Part shown: in pieces, positions 15,004 through 26,379 of the stretch | Layout: each line of letters begins with the position of its first letter | Numbering within the stretch: position 1 is the first letter of the stretch | Source: Phoronis australis | Taxonomy: Eukaryota; Animalia; Phoronida | Length of the DNA: 64,000 nt | Assembly (NCBI GenBank): GCA_002633005.1 | Contig: NMRA01000625.1 | Coordinates: 124,001-188,000 of the forward strand | Direction of reading: 5' to 3' | The notes under the pieces: model-generated | The model's input: only the letters and a program-made list of their open reading frames with translations | The model's database searches: none | What the model was told of the DNA's origin: nothing | Made by a program: the position numbers and the translations under genes

Positions 15004-16183
15004 CGAAATATTCCCCACTGGGGTTCTTGTCCATTTCATTCTCCAATTCCTTGGTCATGGCTTCCATCTTTTTCTGTGCCTCTGTTGGTCCGTTGGCTTT
15101 GGGCGGAGTAACCTGATAGCCCAGAGCATTACTGCCTTGCTGTTGCTGCTGTTGCGTTAGGCCATTGGTCATGTAAGTGGGCATCCCACGGGTGGCCGTG
15201 CCATTAGCATTGGACATAACGTAGTTAGGCGCACGGGTCACATACGATGTGGGTGAGGGTTGGGTGTTGTGGGGCCCATGGTAAGGGGGCGGGGGCTCCG
15301 AGTGGCCGCTGTTTGAACTCAGGCTCATCTCATTCTCAAGCTGCTGAGTCATCGCAGCAAGCTTTTTTTCTGCCTCTGATGGCCCAGTCGATTTGGGTGG
15401 TGTGATCTCATATCGTAGTAAACTTTGTGGACTCGAGGTCGGAATACGGTCAACTTTTTGAGGGGTTGATGACCGTGTTGACCCAATGGAGGACGGCACA
15501 CTGCCAGCCTGTCGGTGAATAGGCTCAGAAAAGTTGTTAACTGGCCTACTAGAAGGTTGGACGTTGGCCTGTAGTATATTTCTACTCCGTATATCGTAAG
15601 GTGGTGGAGGCGCATCACTGAATCTTGGTAATCCATCATTAAAATTCACTGGTCGTGTATCAAATATGTACTCCATCCCTGACGATGCAGTGCTCGATCG
15701 TTGACTTGGGTAGCGATCGTTAGTCATAATACAGTTCCCATATACACTCGTCCGAGGGCTAGAATGCTTAGAATCCTGCGAGTTTGTTGATTTGGAACTT
15801 GCCACGCTTGACCTTTGACCTGCCCTCTGATCATAAGGTGGAGGTGGGGGACCTTGGAATATGCTCATTCGTGGATTGGAATCCATACTTCCAATGCTTG
15901 AGCGTGGGCTGGAATAATCCGAACTCGTTCCTCCAGGCTTTGAAAAAGGAGCCTGCGGTTGTGGAATCTGCGATGAAGTTCTCTGAATGTACGAACCAAC
16001 TGGTATATTATTAGTATTCGATGAGTAAATATACTGCGGTGATCGGCTCAAGGAAGTCACATCTCCGTTCACTTGGTTGTACTTGGTACACAGTGCATTA
16101 TTATTGGGGTACTGCGGAGGGGCACTGCGTTGTATCCCATCCATACTATGGTCAAACCACTGTGGGTTATAGGCTACTGAGCA
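15004..16183 (-). CDS. Ajuba/LIMD1/WTIP (Jub)-family LIM protein, large pre-LIM coding exon
   Basis: The 416-codon Pro/Ser-rich ORF has SPRSS-type repeats and ends GPTEAQKKMEAMTKELENEMDKNPSGEYFG, matching the helix + YFG motif just before LIM1 in Ajuba-subfamily proteins (recalled LIMD1 ...LEALTQRLEREMD...DYFG). Acceptor CTCTTTGCAG| at 16184/16183 (phase 0), first in-exon ATG at 16144 (agtATGG), phase-1 donor G|GTGAGT after 15004. LIM exons were not found in 1-15003. Confidence 0.8.
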
Positions 16184-19040
16184 CTGCAAAGAGTAGGGTA
16201 GACTTAAATTATGGTTTTGCACTCAGCATTAAAGCAAGGCAGTCAGACAGCAATATGCCCCCCCCCACCCGATGTTTTGCAACCCTACATAAAGAACGGG
16301 CCATAATTCAAGAAAATACGACCAAATCCCAATAATGATAATGTGCACTAGGACACGTCATAATGATAGTCAAAGGCAGTCCCTGATTTTCAGTGCCACT
16401 TTTTCCACCAAAAAAATGGACTAGTTATTCAATGCTTTCCTAGGTCTCAAAATCAGGCACCACTGATTAAACCTATATTCGACTGCTGTCCAAATAATGA
16501 AACTGTACATAAACGTTTTCCATCTTGAACATCATTTTTCATTTACACAAAAGCAATTTTCATAGGTTTTGCGCAAACAGTCATTGGCACACCAGTATCA
16601 AGATTTAGTCCTAAGAGCAGGGTTGGTGGTCCTCATGGGTACATTACAAAAACCCTGTCACGTTTGGTTTCGACTGCAGGCAACAGCAGTTTCTAAATCA
16701 AGGCTAGTCCAAATCGATCTTGTCCATTGCTACTAATAAGCCTTTCTAAACCATCCAGCTAGCTGTATGAAGACCATCATCAAAATACAGCTAGCTGAGC
16801 TAGGTACCATTGTGTGTCCATTAGACCCCAAATTTCACACAGTCTAGGTAGTTCTGTTCATCAACTCAAGAAATTCATATCAATATGTAAACCTAACGAC
16901 TGGCGGAGGTGCATGCAGAGTCTGGGAGTCAACCGACACCTCGCCCGTTGCAGGTTACTAAGTGAAAAACAATCTAATTAATATCATTTTTCTTGTACAA
17001 TTCTCCGCAAAGTCAGTCCTTGTTTTGAAAACAGTACGCTGGTGACATGCACATGCGCCATTTGCCAAAATTCTGTGACATCTCTTGGGAGATGATGACA
17101 CATTTGCAGCAGCAAAATTTGTTTTGAAATTCGGTATGCTGGATTTAAAATACTAAATCTCGTAACGAAGTGAAGCCAATTACGATAATTTTTTGTGACA
17201 TGAATGCAACCTTGTGGAAGAACAACAGCAGAATGAAGAAGCGGCGAAAAAGGAACTGGCCAATAGGCAACGCAATATTTCATCGCGCGGAAGTTGATGC
17301 AAAAGATCACTCCACAACTTTAGCAGCAGAAAATGGTAGAGCACTAAATTTTTCCAACACCGATAAACAATTCAGTTAACTCAAGGAGGAGTGTAGTTTT
17401 TAAAGACACTAATCATCTATCATATTTTAATTGGCCAGTTTTTTTACCAACACCGGCGCAAAGTTGTATATAAAGTATACAGCTTTGCACCAATGCTAAG
17501 CCTTTGTAGCCAGCATCAGGACTTGCAGGTCAATTATCTACCAGGATACAAGGAAATACTAAAAGCACTCGTCAATGGGTACTCGTACCAAAGAACTGAA
17601 ACCCAACATATGATTTTATTACGATACTTTAGGTGAAAATCTTCCAAACTTAGCTATTTACGAATTTGATTTCAGAACCAAAAAGTTCCAAAAGCCGTCA
17701 GTTTTAATGAATTTTTAGTCTGGACAAGATGCCATAAAATTATTTCAGTGTTTTATTGCTTTATTCCACACAATAGGAAATTTGATCAGATTCCCTGATA
17801 AATAGGCCTCTTGAACATTGCAGGAATTGAACAAATCTATAGACAAAGTAGAAGATGCCGATTTTCTAATGTAACATGTCAAGGTATTGCCGAAACCAGG
17901 CAATAACTCTTGAGTGAAAATATACTAAAAACCCGAAACACCAACAAAATCAGGCTTACTTATCAGCAAATTTTGTCCATTTTGATATTATCTGATCTTT
18001 TGCCTTTTCAATAAATTCAAATTCATTTTACTCGGGTCACATTTTAAAAACTGTTGACTGCCACATTTTCTTGTGGACAAACTAAGGATTCTTTAGTCAG
18101 GTAAAGTAATTTACATATTCAGAACAAACGGATGAAAAGGAGATAATTGCAGTTTTGACAGTATAGTTCGGTAGTAGCCCTTTGTTAAGTTGTGTTTTTA
18201 ACGAAGTTTTGACAGTGTATATAATGTAATGTCCAATCTACTACTGACCACACAGCTCAGTGGACCTGAAAGTGAGACTACAAAACAACGCAAGTGCGTC
18301 AATACTCTTAATTACCAAAGTGTACTTTACCTTATTTTAACAATCAAAAAGTAAATTGGTTGAGCACATCCATTACTGGGCCATCACCTGTAATACAGGT
18401 ATACAATATATGACTACGGCATCCACAGACGATGATGAATATGCCTGTATTCTTCGACATCACTCCATCAGAGTCAGACGTCACTGGTGATCTGTCAGAA
18501 ACGATCATAATATGGCAAATACTGTTGTCAAAATTATCTTAACAACACTCCATCTGATATGCCAATAACTCTTTTTATTAAGCGCCCTTACCGTAATTAC
18601 GAGTGCATAAACACGTCTTCATATCCACGGAATAGCTAGCTTGAGAAATTGGCGACGATGTGAGGCGCTCGGACCAAAACAACAATATACAAATCAAAAA
18701 ATCATGGCGGGTTTTAGCGTATGAATACATAACTTCCGCTACATCATGGACATCTATCGGCTTGATTCAAAACAGTTTTGTGCAGTCCCAAGTCGCGTCT
18801 CGTCCACGAGTCGGCTACCAAGAGCTGCCAAATAACGTGTTATCAAAAGCACTGAGAAATGATCGCTCGACGTTGCTTTTGATGCCCGATATTTTGAAAT
18901 ATTGTTGCAATTCTTTCGTCTGAAAATACTATCAAATATCAGTATGAGCAAGTTCATGAACACTTGCTTGTTCCCACGGGAGCACCGACCAGAACTCAAT
19001 GCATTTCGTTCACGTACTTTTCCAAAGAAATGTTTAGTTT

Positions 19041-19253
19041 CATGCGTGCACCCAGCCTTTAATATGGGGGGCTCGAATTCCTGACGTTGTGGACCTTTTG
19101 TTAAAAAGGCGGGCGGACTAAAACACTGTGAATTGCGCGTTTGTGCTTGTTTAGCATTTGTACTTGTTTAGTGGACTTTTGTCTCATTTTCTCGGACTTT
19201 TTGTTTCTCAGGGGCGGACCTTTTTGCCCACTTTGCCCCTGGGTGAGCGCATG
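19041..19253. mobile_element. MITE with 15-bp TIRs and 5-bp TSD (hAT5-like non-autonomous element)
   Basis: Ends CATGCGTGCACCCAG ... CTGGGTGAGCGCATG (13/15 inverted match), flanked by AGTTT on both sides (19036-19040, 19254-19258). Confidence 0.8.
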
Positions 19254-20075
19254 AGTTTTAGAAGGATTTAGCATGCCCCGAAGAACTCCTCAAAAGAACA
19301 GACCGTTTAGGATTTTATCTGGGTTTTTAGTCTCGAAATAGCCTAATAGGTGACGTGACAAAGAACTCGTCCGCCCTTATTACCAAAGGCGACATTTTTA
19401 GTACTGGTATTACTAAAGACATATATGTACATGATTCATTAATAATAGAAACCTACACATTCAAATTAAATTAGATTTAATCAAATTGAATAAAACTCAA
19501 TTAAGGATGAGAGTGGTAATATAAATAAATAGGAGACCACAAAAAACATACTGCAATCGACGCTAACTCAGTCCCGCGAGTGGCCCATGGGACCTGCGAT
19601 CTCAGATTTCACGAGAGTTTGTATTGTTTATTTCCGGCTAAGCAGGCAAGCTGTTAGCCGTATCTTTAATCGAGGGTTGTCAAAAGGGATTAGGTCTATT
19701 TTCATTGGGTTTTTTTTCATTTTGTCATTTTTTTCATATGATGATGAAGCGAGATTCTTGAATTACGGTTCCAGGTAACTCCGAGTCAACCATGATTTAT
19801 CTGCAAAAGTCTATAAACCTGTCAGTTACACTCGTCATTTCTCCGACCCGTGGTCGTCGACTTAGATGAGAATAGTTTGCCTTCTGGTGTTTTTTAACTT
19901 TGCTTTCAGCCTTAACATGGACAAACCGTAAGCTGTTGAGCAGTGTTGGTAACCGGAACACAGTCCTTCGGAACTGTCTGGAGTACGGTGGTGATGTAGG
20001 ACACCAGGAAAATAATGTTTTAGAAAACTGTAACAGCGTTTCTGAGAACTCGCCTTGTTTTTGAAAAGACTTTTA

Positions 20076-20335
20076 AGTTGCATAAAACGGAAATGAAACG
20101 ATAATTTAGAAAACTGTAACATCATTTTGAGCATTTACATACCAAATTTGTTAATGCTATTGTTCCTGTTGTGTTTCTATTATTGTACCTTTATTTTCTA
20201 CCAAATTTTACTAAAAAGCATGGTTACGTGACCCAATTAGTGACAGGTTGGTATAAAGTAAAAAAGTCCACTGAATTTTTAATTTCAGAAAATATACTTT
20301 TCGTGGAGTTAAATTCTATAGTTGTGTAAATATGT
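20076..20335 (+). repeat. Dispersed repeat fragment homologous to 41833-42110
   Basis: Collinear shared blocks AAGTTGCATAAAA..AATTTAG.AAACTG.AACA, TGTACCTTT, CTAAAAAG.CATG and TTTCAGAAAATATA..GAGTT.AA.T.TATAGTT. Confidence 0.7.
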
Positions 20336-20630
20336 GGCTAAATGAACAGTCTTATATATAAGGTCCTCTGATTACTACTAACTGATCATCCTCTTTGACT
20401 ACTGTGGCATAGCCTGTTGCCAAAATTGGAAGAGAAATTCTTTCTTTTGTGTCCATGGTTCATAAACTGAGAAATAAAAAATTAATAAAATCTTCTACTA
20501 AGGCAATGTGAGTGCTGACTGATTTCGTGAATTATTGGAGGATGTTTCAATCATGATGGGAAAATGATTCTTTGGTGTACATTTTCTTGCTTGGAGCTGA
20601 AGCAGTTTCTTTTCCGCGATCACGACAAAT

Positions 20631-20850
20631 TCTTCTTCTTCTTCTTCTTCTTCTTCTTCTTCTTCTTCTTCTTCTCGTTCGTCAAATGGTCAAATCTGTT
20701 CTGCCAATGAATGCTACCGTCCTCTACAGGTCCTCTAGGCTGCCGTAGTCTTGTCAAGCGGGGTGGGGGAGGGTAACACTTCTTTCCTCTTTTCCTCATA
20801 CAATGGGCATGTCTGGAGGATGTGTTCCGTGGTCTGGCTGTTTGTTTCGG
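20631..20850 (-). mobile_element. 5'-truncated, decayed non-LTR retrotransposon 3' end with (GAA)n tail
   Basis: The minus strand encodes QTTEHILQTCPLYEEKRKEVLPSPTPLDK, then after a frameshift YGSLEDL*RTVAFIGRTDLTI*. This resembles the C-terminal zinc-knuckle region of I-group LINE ORF2 and is followed directly by about 14 GAA repeats (plus-strand (CTT)n 20631-20675). Confidence 0.7.
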
Positions 20851-21764
20851 GTTGCCACGTTCTCCGCCCCTCCTTTGCCCTTTGACCCATAATCTGCTTC
20901 TCGCCGTCAATCTCCAACGGTCGCCTCCTTATTCTGTACCCGATCGCCACTCATTCCTCCGAACCTTGTCCCTGTGACCCAGTAACCTGTTCGCCACGAC
21001 CACCTATAAGGAAGTGCGAATATTATGCCCAAGCCCGGTAATCCCTCTACTCGTCAATTTAATTTCTGTGCGACGTCTTGGTGCGCATTAGGTGAAGGAA
21101 CCCATATGGACAAAAAACGACAAAGGGGAGGGGTTTGAAATGACTAACGCTCTCGGGACAAATGGGCTAGAGAACACTAAGTATTGACTGTTGACCGCAG
21201 GGGGAGGAGGTCAGAAATGAACAGGGGACAAGCGCCACTACTCACTATTACCATACACATCAGCTGATTTCCAGGGAAGAGTAATTTTGTAAAAAAAAGT
21301 ATGTTCAGAAGACACGTTTATTGGCAAAACTAAAATTTTTGCTACATGGCAAACAATTGACAAAAAAAATTCTGACTCTTGGGTATAAAGAAAGGTTGCA
21401 AAGACAACCGAATTATAACGGAACAAGTTAGCACCGAACACTGAGGAGTCTCGGAAAGATCGAACATCGAGGCGCATGAACTTCGGTTCTGGAGAGGTTG
21501 GGATGGAAGAACATAAACACAGGGAAACATGGAAACAAACGGTCCTATGGATAACCAAAACATTTCTGAGTAAAACAGAATCAATTATCAATTGTTCACA
21601 AAACTGAACTTAAAATGATGTTTGCTATGTTAATGAAAATGTTGCAAAATTGTCTATTAAATATTTTGCAGAAGTTGTTGACTAATAGTGGGAGCAAAAC
21701 TTTAGATTACCGAAAAGGTCAACATGGATGTTTAAGGTTGTGTAAGACCTTTCAAAAATGTTCA

Positions 21765-21891
21765 AATTTGACAAATTCTGGAACATCGTATTTCAGAAAT
21801 GGCTAATAGAATTCAAATGAAACATTCAGACACCATATTTATGCACTGTTCTCCACTTTTGCATGAGGGTCTATCAAAAATAGAACTTTTG
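21765..21891 (+). repeat. Dispersed repeat fragment homologous to 41655-41820 and 61777-61838
   Basis: Shared GGAACATC.TAT.TCAGA.ATGGCT...TGAAAC and CCACTTTTGCATGAGGG...TCAAAAATAG blocks. Confidence 0.75.
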
Positions 21892-22971
21892 TGATGTAGC
21901 GAAAGGATGATTTGAGATTTCATCTTGTTAACAAACAAAATTTGATCATTCAATCAGAGGACGTTAACAAGGAACATGTACTAAAGGTGTGTTATCAGCC
22001 CAGCCAATATACAGGAAAAACTAATTAACGGTTCCACGGTCTGCTCTAACCACTTGCAACTAGTTAAAACTTCCGTAGTTAATTGTATCAAAGAGAATTT
22101 ATTTACTCGTTGGATACTCTTTCATTGTAGTAATGTCGTGAAATCAGACCAAATAGCAATGCTGGGAGCGATAAAATCAGGTTTCATAAAGCCGGGTGGG
22201 GCACACAAATACGTATGTTTTAACCAAAAAGGCGTGAACAGGTATTTATGCACTACGAGCTAACAACAAATTTTAGAAAATTGGTTGCCAGGACTTTTTC
22301 ATTAAAACTTTCTGTGGCTCAGCGTTCACCACGTGTTCTATATGGTTGCAACACGTTAATGGTCCTAGAATATCCCTTTACAAGTAATTAACGTCACTTA
22401 ATCATTTTTGGAGTTGGTTGATAACTGCCCAAACATGGCTAAGACCTTATCCACTTTTGGAGCATTTCACAGAATAAATGGTTTTTGGTAACTTTTTAGA
22501 ATTGGGGTAGATAATTGGCATATATCTTGTGATAGTGGACAACGGATACGTGAACCGTTTGACAATGGGAGAGGTCCTATCCAGTAGCGCCCTCTGTTGT
22601 CTGGAAGGCCACTGAACAAGAGAAAAACGTTAGAGAAAGGAACTACCAGTCAGCTCTCCAACGCGAAAACTTGTAAAATACCTTTTAAACAGATCGTGGC
22701 GGATCAACTTCTTGGAAATGCTAACTTAAGGGTTATTCACTTTAAATATTGAAAGAATTTCTTTAAAAAATCGTCAGATTTATTATTTTTGAAACACTGA
22801 CTAAAAATAAACACTCCTCAAGTTCTTTCCAATACAGGGAAGAATTCAAAAACACTAGGAGTTCGCTAGGACCTCACTAGAAAAGAAAGACTAGATATTG
22901 TAGTGTATTTTAAATGAGAACACATGATTTTGGCTAGCTTTTCTATCTGCGAGATAGCTACTGAGCTTTAC

Positions 22972-23046
22972 CCAGTTTTCAAATTTTCCGCCCCTATTGC
23001 GCATGCGCTCAAAGAAGTTGGACAAGCTGCTGCTTGAAATCGACAT
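22972..23046 (-). CDS. Candidate first coding exon of the Ajuba-family gene (MSISSSSLSNFFERMRNRGGKFENW)
   Basis: acaATG start, 25 codons, and a phase-0 donor TGG|GTAAAG that joins in frame to the phase-0 acceptor at 16183. No homology support recognised. Confidence 0.35.
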
Positions 23047-25270
23047 TGTTTTGTTTACAAAGGTCAAAGGTGTTCTAAAACTGAGGAATTGTCTCCCACA
23101 AAAACTTGACGGCAACATCCAATGACAAGCTTGCACGCGACTCGGCGTTCCAAAGAGAGCGTTTGCTTTCTTTGCCTTTGTGTATTCAAACACGCAAGTC
23201 GGCTATTTGCACAGTTCGTATTTTAGTGTACCCTTATCAGTTTTTACTCTAGATTTACTACAAAGGTCACATTTTCCATATAAAGGAAATATGCTATGTC
23301 TATATAATGCCGAACCAAATAAGGAGACATACTTTGCCTTGTGAAAGAAAAATCGACGAAGTGACGAGCAGTCGACAGATCGCTTTTTTTTGAAATTTGA
23401 AACTGGAGGAAAAATGCTTTGACATCAACAGAAAATCAAAATCTTTAAGAACAAGTCACAAATATATCTGGTGAACAGTTTAACTTCTGTTTGAGTGGCA
23501 GAGTATCACTTTGAATAATGCAATTTTGTTTGCCGCTTTCGCGTTCTATGCCAATTTAAAACTGTCAATAATATGTAACGGAAATCGATTACATTTCGTG
23601 AGCCCGATCAAAAATATAAAGATACAACTTACGATGAAGAAATCAACCCCAGTTTCCAAAAGCAGAGACGGTAGCTTAGGATTGTTTTTGATGCTCCATA
23701 TTAAAAGATATGTCATGCTTTTTTCGCTGAAAATACCATACGTGGTTACAAGGGAGATAACTCTGACCGGATGATATAATATGCTAAAGTTGGTTTAGTA
23801 AATTCTGCATATTACTTCTAGTGCTTCTATGTAACCAGAGTATTTATCAAAATGATCATGGGAGCCGGACAGGTGAATGGCACCTTTGCCAAACACTAGC
23901 AATCTGCTGCGCCAGGTTACCGTAAATTGGACTGAAAAGTAAACATAAATGGACTCCAATCGGACTTCTCAGTAGGTTTGCATACATATCTATATCATTA
24001 GTTCAAAAATCAGTCAAAGTTGTGGCTGTTGAAACACGGCTACTTCGCGATCAACTTCAGTGCACGCCCTCGACACAGGCGTTAAATAAGTTATAGAAAC
24101 ATCGCTACCTTTGTAAACAGAAAAGTTATTGAGTTTGACTTTATTTTTAGAACGTTAACGTTTTTTCCAAAACAGCAATCAAAAATGTGGACTCTGTGAC
24201 GTCAATACATCAATGATAGGCCGCGTTGGATTTTTTCATTCTAAAGCTACAACCTCATTAGTATGCGTATTTCGACGTTTCAGTTTCTCTCTTATTTCCA
24301 TCATTTTTGTAATGTGTATTTTATTACTGCTCAATGATATCGACGCTACTCATTCATGGGTCATCTTTATGAGATGCAAGTGTGCGAAAATAGAACCAGT
24401 GACAGTTGCTCTGTGAACCAAAACACAGAATCCTGCTCGAGTGACGTGAAAAGTTGATATGATGATCATAACCCGCATTTATCATCTGTAAATCTTAGGC
24501 TGTAAAAGACTGATTTTTATGTTCATCTGTTTGAATACACCGGTTGACCTCATCTTCGATTGACCAATCAGGAACCATATGTGAGATATGTTCTCCAGAC
24601 ACAAGATGGATGCGAGACTACAGGTACAACGCATGCCTGCCTTGTTCCACTGAACCGCCAACACGTAGTCGTTAAGAGTACGGGTAAGCCTACCTCACAA
24701 ATCGCACGGGAAATATCACCAGCAGAACTATTTTTGTTTGACTTATTTCTCACGAGCTGTCTTTTCACGCACCACAATGTTTTGCCTACAAGTGTATTTC
24801 TTTTCTCACAAACAACAGTCCTTTTTGCCAAATGCATTCTTTTCTCCTAAGCAGTTGCTCGTTAAAATGAATTACCGCTCGTCATATGAGAAAATGTGTT
24901 CGTAAGAAAAAAATAGCTGTTTGAGAACGCGCGTGCAATTTGTAACGAAGGATGAGTGCCTACGCTCTCTTCTTGAAATCTTTTTTACTGTCTTTAGTTT
25001 TCATATTGTGTGCTTGTCTGCATGTCTTTGACAGTGATGAAGTCGGTCTATTTCATTACCTTCACATTTTAAATCATGTAGTTTTTGTTTAATGATTATT
25101 ACAGGAAACAAAATTTCCTTACTATCATATAGTATTTTGGGCACATCGGATGCGAAGACTGGTTTGTGATCCTGAACAATGTAAGTATGGGGGGGGGGCC
25201 AATTATTGATTTACATTGAGAACAATGTGTTGGTTTTCAGACACCGAAAATGTGACATTGACCGAGGTGG

Positions 25271-25350
25271 AATAATTATGGTGGTACGTAACACGAGAAA
25301 GAGATAACCAGTCCTGGTTATCTCTTCGTGGTAACACCCACTAAATTATT
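25271..25350. repeat. 80-bp imperfect palindrome / fold-back
   Basis: Perfect 13-bp stem AAGAGATAACCAG-TC-CTGGTTATCTCTT, extended by CACG/CGTG and AATAATT...AATTATT arms. Confidence 0.8.
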
Positions 25351-26198
25351 CATGAAGGGAGGTAAGCAATCAGCAAGGGTTCGATGGATGGGACTTTTAT
25401 ACAGACCTCGAAATTTCGCACCGCCCGGGTATTTCTGATCATCATGCATCTCGCCATGAAACTTATTTCAACTTGTGGAGCAAACGACTGTGCATGTATA
25501 TTTATGCAGTCTTGTACAAAAGCTAGGAAGGAAGTTCTGTTTGGACTTTTGATCATATTTCGATCACATGTTCGGTGAGCAAGTTACCTGTTTTTTTTTT
25601 ACCCGCAATGTTGTGAAGAATATTAAAAAAATCTGGTAGATGCTCGGAATGAACAGTTGAGCAATATGACGACAGTCAGCAAACATTTTAGCCTTTGAAA
25701 ATACACCGATTGTATCCAAAAATCAAACGTTTCAGAAAATCTTATTTCAAGTAAATTCCAGAAAAGAAATGCAATTTATTGAACGTCGGTACCATTTTTA
25801 TGAATTACTGCCTCACCGAAAGAGAGAGCAGCTTTGACCCNCCCCCCCCCCCCGAGTCGTCGCATAAAACGTTTATAAAAGTTGAATATAAAATCTTCCT
25901 CCACAATGAAAACATGTGAATAAATTGAAATCCCTCCACTGTTTCGTGTTTTCATTTGTCTTCTTCAAACTTCTGTTAAACTAACTCCCACAATGCAGGT
26001 GCTAATATGCGGTGCCTCAGATCGGAGTATGGAACCAGAGATCGTGGACGTCTTTGACGGAATCCTGGATCAGAGTTCTATTCACTGAGATTTCACATGC
26101 ATTTGTTGACTGCACAGATTCAGCGAAAACACACAGTGCTTTAATAAAACCACATTTTCACCAATAGATAATTTTGTTCCAAACACATCTATATTTTA

Positions 26199-26379
26199 CA
26201 TGGGCGCATCCAGGGGCGGAGGGCTCGGGGGGCTCGTTGGCGAATTGGGCAAAAAGGTCCTCCTCAGCAAAACAAAAAGTCCGAGTAACCAAGACAAAAG
26301 TCCACAGGAATTGTGTGCGGATGCACAATTCGTAGGACTGAGCCTAGAGACTCTATATTTTAGGCTGGGTGCGCGCATC
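26199..26379. mobile_element. Second copy of the same MITE family, opposite orientation
   Basis: Ends CATGGGCGCATCCAG ... CTGGGTGCGCGCATC with TSD TTTTA on both sides. The internal GGGCAAAAAGGTCC...CAAAAAGTCCGAG...AGACAAAAGTCCAC aligns with the reverse complement of 19041-19253. Confidence 0.8.

Noticed and set aside
20620-20910. ORF with a poly-lysine tail
   Set aside because: Translation of the (GAA)n retrotransposon tail.
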